Assembly (NCBI GenBank): GCA_041744215.1
Contig: JBGTLG010000038.1
Span: 1-62,997 of the forward strand
DNA from: Fimbriimonadales bacterium
GTDB lineage: Bacteria; Armatimonadota; Fimbriimonadia; Fimbriimonadales; ATM1
Direction: 5' to 3'
DNA: 62,997 nt
Shown here: piece after piece, positions 58,125-62,997 of the stretch
Numbering within the stretch: position 1 is the stretch's first letter
Layout: every line of letters begins with the position of its first letter
Notes under the pieces: generated by a model
The model's input: only the letters and a program-made list of their open reading frames with translations
The model's database searches: none
What the model was told of the DNA's origin: nothing
Program-made: the position numbers and the translations under genes

Positions 58125-60762
58125 AGGAGCCCCGAAGCAGCAACTCGACTGCTCTCGCGATGTCCGCCACTCGAAACGGCGAGTGGAGCAAGAATGCATG
58201 CCCCGCGCGATCGATGGCGCCACCGCCCGATTTGCGGTCCCTGTCAACGATCAGGAGCACCCGCATGTTCGGGAACGCCGCCCTCGCTTTTTGCAGGAGC
58301 TCACCTGCCTCAGTGTTGCCAGCCTCGTCGGGCGCGACGAGAAGCTGGAATCGGTGTGCATCGAGCATCCGAGAGGCCCCTCGAACGGACGAGGCAGTTG
58401 TGACCTGAAAGCCCAACTTGAGGAGGCAATCCGAAAGACGCTGCGCCTGTTCCCGGTCGGCATGAAAAACAAGCGTACTCATCCCTGCGAATGGAGTCGA
58501 TTGCGCGCCTCGGTCACCCTGATCAAAAGCGACTGGCAGGTAGATAACCACGTCCGTTCCTTGATCCGGTGCCGTCGACAGCTTGATCGTCCCTCCATGA
58601 TTCGCAATAACCCCATGACAAACAGCAAGTCCGAGTCCCGTGCCGCGACCCACGGGCTTCGTCGTGAAGAACGGCTCGAATGCTCGCGCAGCAACGTCTT
58701 CGGTCATCCCCTCGCCGATATCTTTCACCGAGATCGTCGCATAAGATCCAGAGTCCATGACTTCGCTGACCGCCGGAACTCCGGCGACGTGGACGTTCGC
58801 AGTCGATATCCTTAGAGTCCCGCCTTTCGGCATCGCATCTCGGCCGTTGAGAACAAGGTTGATGAGCACTTGCTCCAACTGAGTGCTGTCGGCATCAACG
58901 AGCGCAAGATCATCTGCAAGCTTCAGTTGTAAATCAATCGAATCCCCAAGGAGTCGCTCCATGAGGTCCTTCATCGATTCAATAAGTGCGTTGAGGTCCG
59001 TGATTTCGCGCTGGCTTACTTTCTGTCTTGCGAAAGTGAGCAGCTGACCTGTAAGCCCCGACGCTTTGTCGGCCGCCTTCATCAGTCCTGCAAGGTGAGG
59101 CTTAGCTGACTCTGGTAAGTCCGGATCCCTCTCTATGAGCTCGCCAAACCCAATGATCGCCGACAACATGTTGTTGAAGTCGTGCGCAATCCCACCAGCG
59201 AGTCTGCCGATTGCCTCCAACTTCTGGGTTTGAAGAAGCTGCTCCTCCAAGATACGGTTCTGCGTAATGTCAAGCAAGACTCCAGTCAGCCTAACGGGCA
59301 CGTCACCTTCGGCAATCACCGAGACAATATCTCGCACCCAGACGGTCGAACCATTCTTGGCAATGAGCCGATACTCCATCTCGTGGTCTTCGCAAGCGTT
59401 CTCTTTCGCAAGTGCATACCGAGAAATGCGATCACGGTCGTCCGGATGCAGCGCCTTGCGCCAAAAGCCAAGCTTGTGCCAATCCTTATGCGGATACCCC
59501 AACAGATACTCTGCAAGCGGCGATACGTACGTAAACTGGCGGGATACCGGATCGAAATCGTAAGCTACAAGCCTCAGTCCCTCCACAAGTGATCGAAACC
59601 GTCGTTCACCCTGCGCAAGCTGCCGCTGCGCGCGTACACGCTCGGAGACATCCTGACAAATCACCGAGACCGCGACGACTTCGTGCGCTTCCACAATCGG
59701 CGCAAAGCTGATGTCGAGGTGCATCGTAGTCCCACGAAAGTCAAAGTCCTGTTCAACGCGGAATGACTCTCCCAGGAACGCCCTGTCCAACCGCTCCCGA
59801 AATCGCTTCGCCGAATCCTGCGGAATGAACGAGAATGGGTTTGCTCCAGATTCGAACGGCTGCCCAGTGTACGCTTCCATCGCATCTCTCGTAGCGCGGT
59901 TTGCGGTCAACACTCGTCCTTCGCGGTCAATGGCGAGTACCCAGTCAGGACGGCTCTCGATGACTGCGACCAACTTCGCCTCCGAGCTTCTCGCTTGGCT
60001 CTCTGCTTCGCGCCGGCTGGTTAGATCACGAGCTACCAATTGAATAGCCAAGTTTCCCTCGAAGGTGCAGGTTGTTCCTGTGACCTCAACCTCAACCGAG
60101 CTTCCATCAAGCCGTATCAGTGTCTCTTGGAGTGGCGGCGCAACTCCGCCTTCCTTGAGCAACTTCGTGATTCGTTCCGAAACCCTCGCTCGGTCATCAG
60201 CATGAACGAACCGCATGACGTCTTGACCTATCAGCTCGTCGGCAGATGACGCACGCATGAGCCGAACACCTGCCTCATTCACAAAGACCACCCGACCACC
60301 TTGATGGATTACGATCATGTCGGGAAACAAGTCGACTAACTTGTGATACTGCTCATCCCGCTGCCGAATACGTTCCCTTGTCTCCCACTCGTCGGTTACG
60401 TCGCGCAACACGCACAGCACGCGCTCCGCATCGAGATACGTTGTTCGAGACTCTAAACGGCGCACTTTCCCAAGAACATCAGCTTCATACTCAAGAGTCG
60501 CCGGAACGCCAGTATCCATAACGCCCTGATAAATCGCGGATTTCTCTCGCGCGACTTCGCTGGGCAGTATGTCGGTCAAGTTCCTTCCAACGACGTCCGC
60601 TGCGCCATGCGGGAAGAGGGCATTGCTTGTGCTGTAGTACTCTTGAATCGTTCCGTCGCGCGAGATCACGAACAGCATATCGGGATGAGCTTCGACAAGC
60701 GCGCGGAGTCGCTTCTCACTCTCTGCTAAACGTTCTCGTTCGTCCGATTGATTAGCTTCCAT
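58123..60762 (-). CDS. Cytoplasmic 4xPAS hybrid histidine kinase with degenerate receiver domain
   Basis: Four PAS repeats, GGIAHDFNNML H-box, NL.LNGRDAM N-box, D.G.GM, FEPFFTTK, GTGLGL. Confidence 0.92.
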   Translation of the reverse strand: MEANQSDERERLAESEKRLRALVEAHPDMLFVISRDGTIQEYYSTSNALFPHGAADVVGRNLTDILPSEVAREKSAIYQGVMDTGVPATLEYEADVLGKVRRLESRTTYLDAERVLCVLRDVTDEWETRERIRQRDEQYHKLVDLFPDMIVIHQGGRVVFVNEAGVRLMRASSADELIGQDVMRFVHADDRARVSERITKLLKEGGVAPPLQETLIRLDGSSVEVEVTGTTCTFEGNLAIQLVARDLTSRREAESQARSSEAKLVAVIESRPDWVLAIDREGRVLTANRATRDAMEAYTGQPFESGANPFSFIPQDSAKRFRERLDRAFLGESFRVEQDFDFRGTTMHLDISFAPIVEAHEVVAVSVICQDVSERVRAQRQLAQGERRFRSLVEGLRLVAYDFDPVSRQFTYVSPLAEYLLGYPHKDWHKLGFWRKALHPDDRDRISRYALAKENACEDHEMEYRLIAKNGSTVWVRDIVSVIAEGDVPVRLTGVLLDITQNRILEEQLLQTQKLEAIGRLAGGIAHDFNNMLSAIIGFGELIERDPDLPESAKPHLAGLMKAADKASGLTGQLLTFARQKVSQREITDLNALIESMKDLMERLLGDSIDLQLKLADDLALVDADSTQLEQVLINLVLNGRDAMPKGGTLRISTANVHVAGVPAVSEVMDSGSYATISVKDIGEGMTEDVAARAFEPFFTTKPVGRGTGLGLAVCHGVIANHGGTIKLSTAPDQGTDVVIYLPVAFDQGDRGAQSTPFAGMSTLVFHADREQAQRLSDCLLKLGFQVTTASSVRGASRMLDAHRFQLLVAPDEAGNTEAGELLQKARAAFPNMRVLLIVDRDRKSGGGAIDRAGHAFLLHSPFRVADIARAVELLLRGS

Positions 60763-60848
60763 TGGCGGGTACCGTCAAAATGCGCAAACGCCTGGCAGAT
60801 TATGGTCTGCCAGGCGTTCCTTTTGCTGAGATGATTGTACGCTGGATA

Positions 60849-61991
60849 TTACTGACGGTCTTTCATCTGAATGTACGGCCTCAGGCTCTCGCCCGCATAG
60901 ATGCTTTTGGGCCGCATGATTCGATTGTCGTCGAGTTGTTCGATCATGTTCGCGCACCAGCCAGTAATGCGGCTGATCGCGAAGATCGGTGTGTAGAGAG
61001 GAATGGGGATTCCAAGCGAGTAGTACGCATAGGCGGCAGGGAAGTCGACATTCGGGAAGAGATTCTTTTCTTCCTTCATGACGCGCTCGCAGATATCTGC
61101 GACCTCCGCCCACTTCTCATTGCCGCTTCGGCGAGCGGCTTCTTTGCCGAGCTCGCCCATGATCCCGGCGCGACTGTCGCTGACTCGATACTCGCGATGA
61201 CCGAATCCCATGATCTTCTTCTTGTTGGTAAGTGCGTCTCGAATGAACGGCTCCGCATTTTCGACGCTGCCAATCTCCATCAGCATCTCCATCGCCTTCT
61301 CGTTCGCTCCGCCATGCAGATTGCCCTTAAGAGTTCCGATAGCCGAAACAACACCGCTGTAGATGTCGCTCAACGAAGATACCGTCACGCGCGCAGCGAA
61401 TGTCGATGCGTTGAAACCATGCTCCGCATAGAGAACGAGCGACGTGTCGATCGCCTTCCAAGCGAACTCCTCTGGCTTAGCGCCATTCAACATGTAAAGG
61501 AAGTTCTGCGCGATGTTCAGTGATGGGTCTGGCTTGATGACATCCTGATCATGAGCGATTCGCCAACCGTTCGCGACGAGGTTGCCCATCTTCGCGGTCA
61601 TCCGGACAGCTTTGTGAAGGTTTGCGCCCCGATCCGTCGGAGAGGCGTCGTACTCAGAATCGCTCGGCGCCAAAGCAGCGACCGCGACTTTGAGCCGATC
61701 CATCGGATGCGCGTTCTTCGGAGTCGAGCGAAACACATCGTAGATGTAGTCGGGTACCGCGTACTCTGCGGCAAGAGTCTCCTTGAAGTTGATTAGGTCG
61801 CCTTCCGTCGGAAGCGAGCCATACAACAGCAAGTACGCAGTCTCCTCAAAGCTCCCTTGCTTCGCGAGTTCATGAACGTCGTACCCACGGTAAATCAGTC
61901 GCGACGCCTTGATGTCGATGTCGCTAATCGTCGAAACCCCGGCGATGACTCCTTCGAGCCCGGGGCTGTAGTTCGGCGCGGTAGTTGACAT
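60849..61991 (-). CDS. prpC: Citrate synthase family, probable 2-methylcitrate synthase
   Basis: GLEGV.AG, YRGY, YAEHGFNASTF, G.LHGGANE, GFGHR.Y, PNVDF; directly downstream of prpB. Confidence 0.8.
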   Translation of the reverse strand: MSTTAPNYSPGLEGVIAGVSTISDIDIKASRLIYRGYDVHELAKQGSFEETAYLLLYGSLPTEGDLINFKETLAAEYAVPDYIYDVFRSTPKNAHPMDRLKVAVAALAPSDSEYDASPTDRGANLHKAVRMTAKMGNLVANGWRIAHDQDVIKPDPSLNIAQNFLYMLNGAKPEEFAWKAIDTSLVLYAEHGFNASTFAARVTVSSLSDIYSGVVSAIGTLKGNLHGGANEKAMEMLMEIGSVENAEPFIRDALTNKKKIMGFGHREYRVSDSRAGIMGELGKEAARRSGNEKWAEVADICERVMKEEKNLFPNVDFPAAYAYYSLGIPIPLYTPIFAISRITGWCANMIEQLDDNRIMRPKSIYAGESLRPYIQMKDRQ

Positions 61992-62008
61992 GTGTCTTCG
62001 TACTCTCC

Positions 62009-62908
62009 TTAGGATTCGGTTTTCTCGGCTTCTTCGGCGAGTTGCCGATCCAGCGATTCATACGCCGGGTAGTCGATCAATTCATATAGCTCCGCCCGCG
62101 TCCGCATTCGGTCGAGGATTCCGGCCTGGGAGCCGTCGCGCAAAAGCGCCTCATACGCCTCGCCAACCGCCTTCAGCATCACCCGAAAAGCGGTCATCGG
62201 GAAGATAACCAGAGTGTACCCAAGCCCCCGAAACTCCTCCAAACTGATGAGCGGCGTCTTCCCAAACTCCGTCATGTTCGCCAACAGCGGCCCAGGCACG
62301 CCCTCCCGAAACGCCGCAAACTCCTCCTTGCTCTGAAGCCCCTCCGGGAACACACAGTCCGCACCAGCAGCCACATACCGACGGCCGCGCGAGATCGCAT
62401 CCTCCAAGCCCGTGACCCCCCGCGCGTCCGTCCGAGCAATGATCATAAACGCAGGGTCCCGCCTCGCCCAAACCATCGCGCGGATCTTCGCATCCATCTG
62501 ATCCGGAGAGTCCACCGCCTTCCCGTCCAAATGACCACACCGCTTCGGGCTCACCTGATCCTCAACGTGCAGCCCCGCCAAACCAGCCCGCTCATACTCG
62601 CGCACAGTCCGAACCGCGTTCATCGTCTCGCCAAACCCCGTGTCCGCATCCGCAATCACAGGCAGCGACACCGCCCCGCACACATAACCAGCCTGCCGCG
62701 CCATCTCCCCCAAAGTCATGAGAGCGATATCCGGCATGGCCAGCATCGAATTCGTAACCCCAGCGCCAGACAAATACAAACCCTGCGCTCCACAACTCGC
62801 CGCCAATCGAGCCGTAATCGCGTCATAAACGCCCGGCAAAGCAACCGTCCCTGCCGCCATCGCCTCCCTGAGCCGCCGACCCGGCGAGTCCAAATCTGAT
62901 TCAATCAC
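62009..62908 (-). CDS. prpB: 2-methylisocitrate lyase
   Basis: YLSGA, DADTGFG, EDQV.PKRCGH..GK, IARTDA, LANMTEFGKTP. Confidence 0.93.
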   Translation of the reverse strand: MIESDLDSPGRRLREAMAAGTVALPGVYDAITARLAASCGAQGLYLSGAGVTNSMLAMPDIALMTLGEMARQAGYVCGAVSLPVIADADTGFGETMNAVRTVREYERAGLAGLHVEDQVSPKRCGHLDGKAVDSPDQMDAKIRAMVWARRDPAFMIIARTDARGVTGLEDAISRGRRYVAAGADCVFPEGLQSKEEFAAFREGVPGPLLANMTEFGKTPLISLEEFRGLGYTLVIFPMTAFRVMLKAVGEAYEALLRDGSQAGILDRMRTRAELYELIDYPAYESLDRQLAEEAEKTES

Positions 62909-62963
62909 AACCGAAGCCTACCCAAACCGAAACCGACCCCACCCCAACTCCAACCCGCCACCA

Positions 62964-62997
62964 TACTCTCGGCACTCTCTCGGCAATATCTCGGCAA
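62964..62997. repeat. Short degenerate tandem repeat (about 11-nt period, core TCTCGGCA x3) running off the window edge
   Basis: actctcggcac/tctctcggcaa/tatctcggcaa read directly. Confidence 0.5.

Noticed and set aside
58048-61523. 255-aa and 253-aa plus-strand ORFs
   Set aside because: Antisense to the histidine kinase and prpC.

Overview
A GC-rich bacterial chromosomal window with no CRISPR array, rRNA, integrase or transposase that I can see. The central ~25 kb (27252-52373) is a fused str-S10-spc-alpha ribosomal protein supercluster (rpsL through rplQ, then truA-rplM-rpsI). It is interrupted twice by non-canonical genes: two paralogous 233-aa signal-peptide proteins wedged between rpsS and rplV, and a second, divergent EF-G between rplE and rpsN. 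The left flank has housekeeping and accessory genes: APH(6)-like kinase, pirin, beta-propeller lipoproteins, pepF, tRNA-Arg(CCT), a small protein that strongly resembles the phage anti-Thoeris sponge Tad1 but sits in a non-phage context, PhyH/GyrI, tag-purB, purD, dnaB, rplI, long MlaD, acyl-CoA dehydrogenase, HDOD, DUF1385, S9 peptidase, selB and dtd. The right flank has an MFS transporter, a redoxin plus heme-c/copper-monooxygenase-like pair lacking Cu ligands, miaB, MerR-TOBE, ASCH, a PAS hybrid kinase and prpC-prpB. Gene content (diderm envelope genes with Terrabacteria-style gene order) suggests Armatimonadota or a similar lineage; this is inference only. Several accessory genes carry a TAnnnT box 6-7 nt before the start codon, suggesting leaderless mRNAs. 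All family calls come from motif recognition by eye; no database searches were run.
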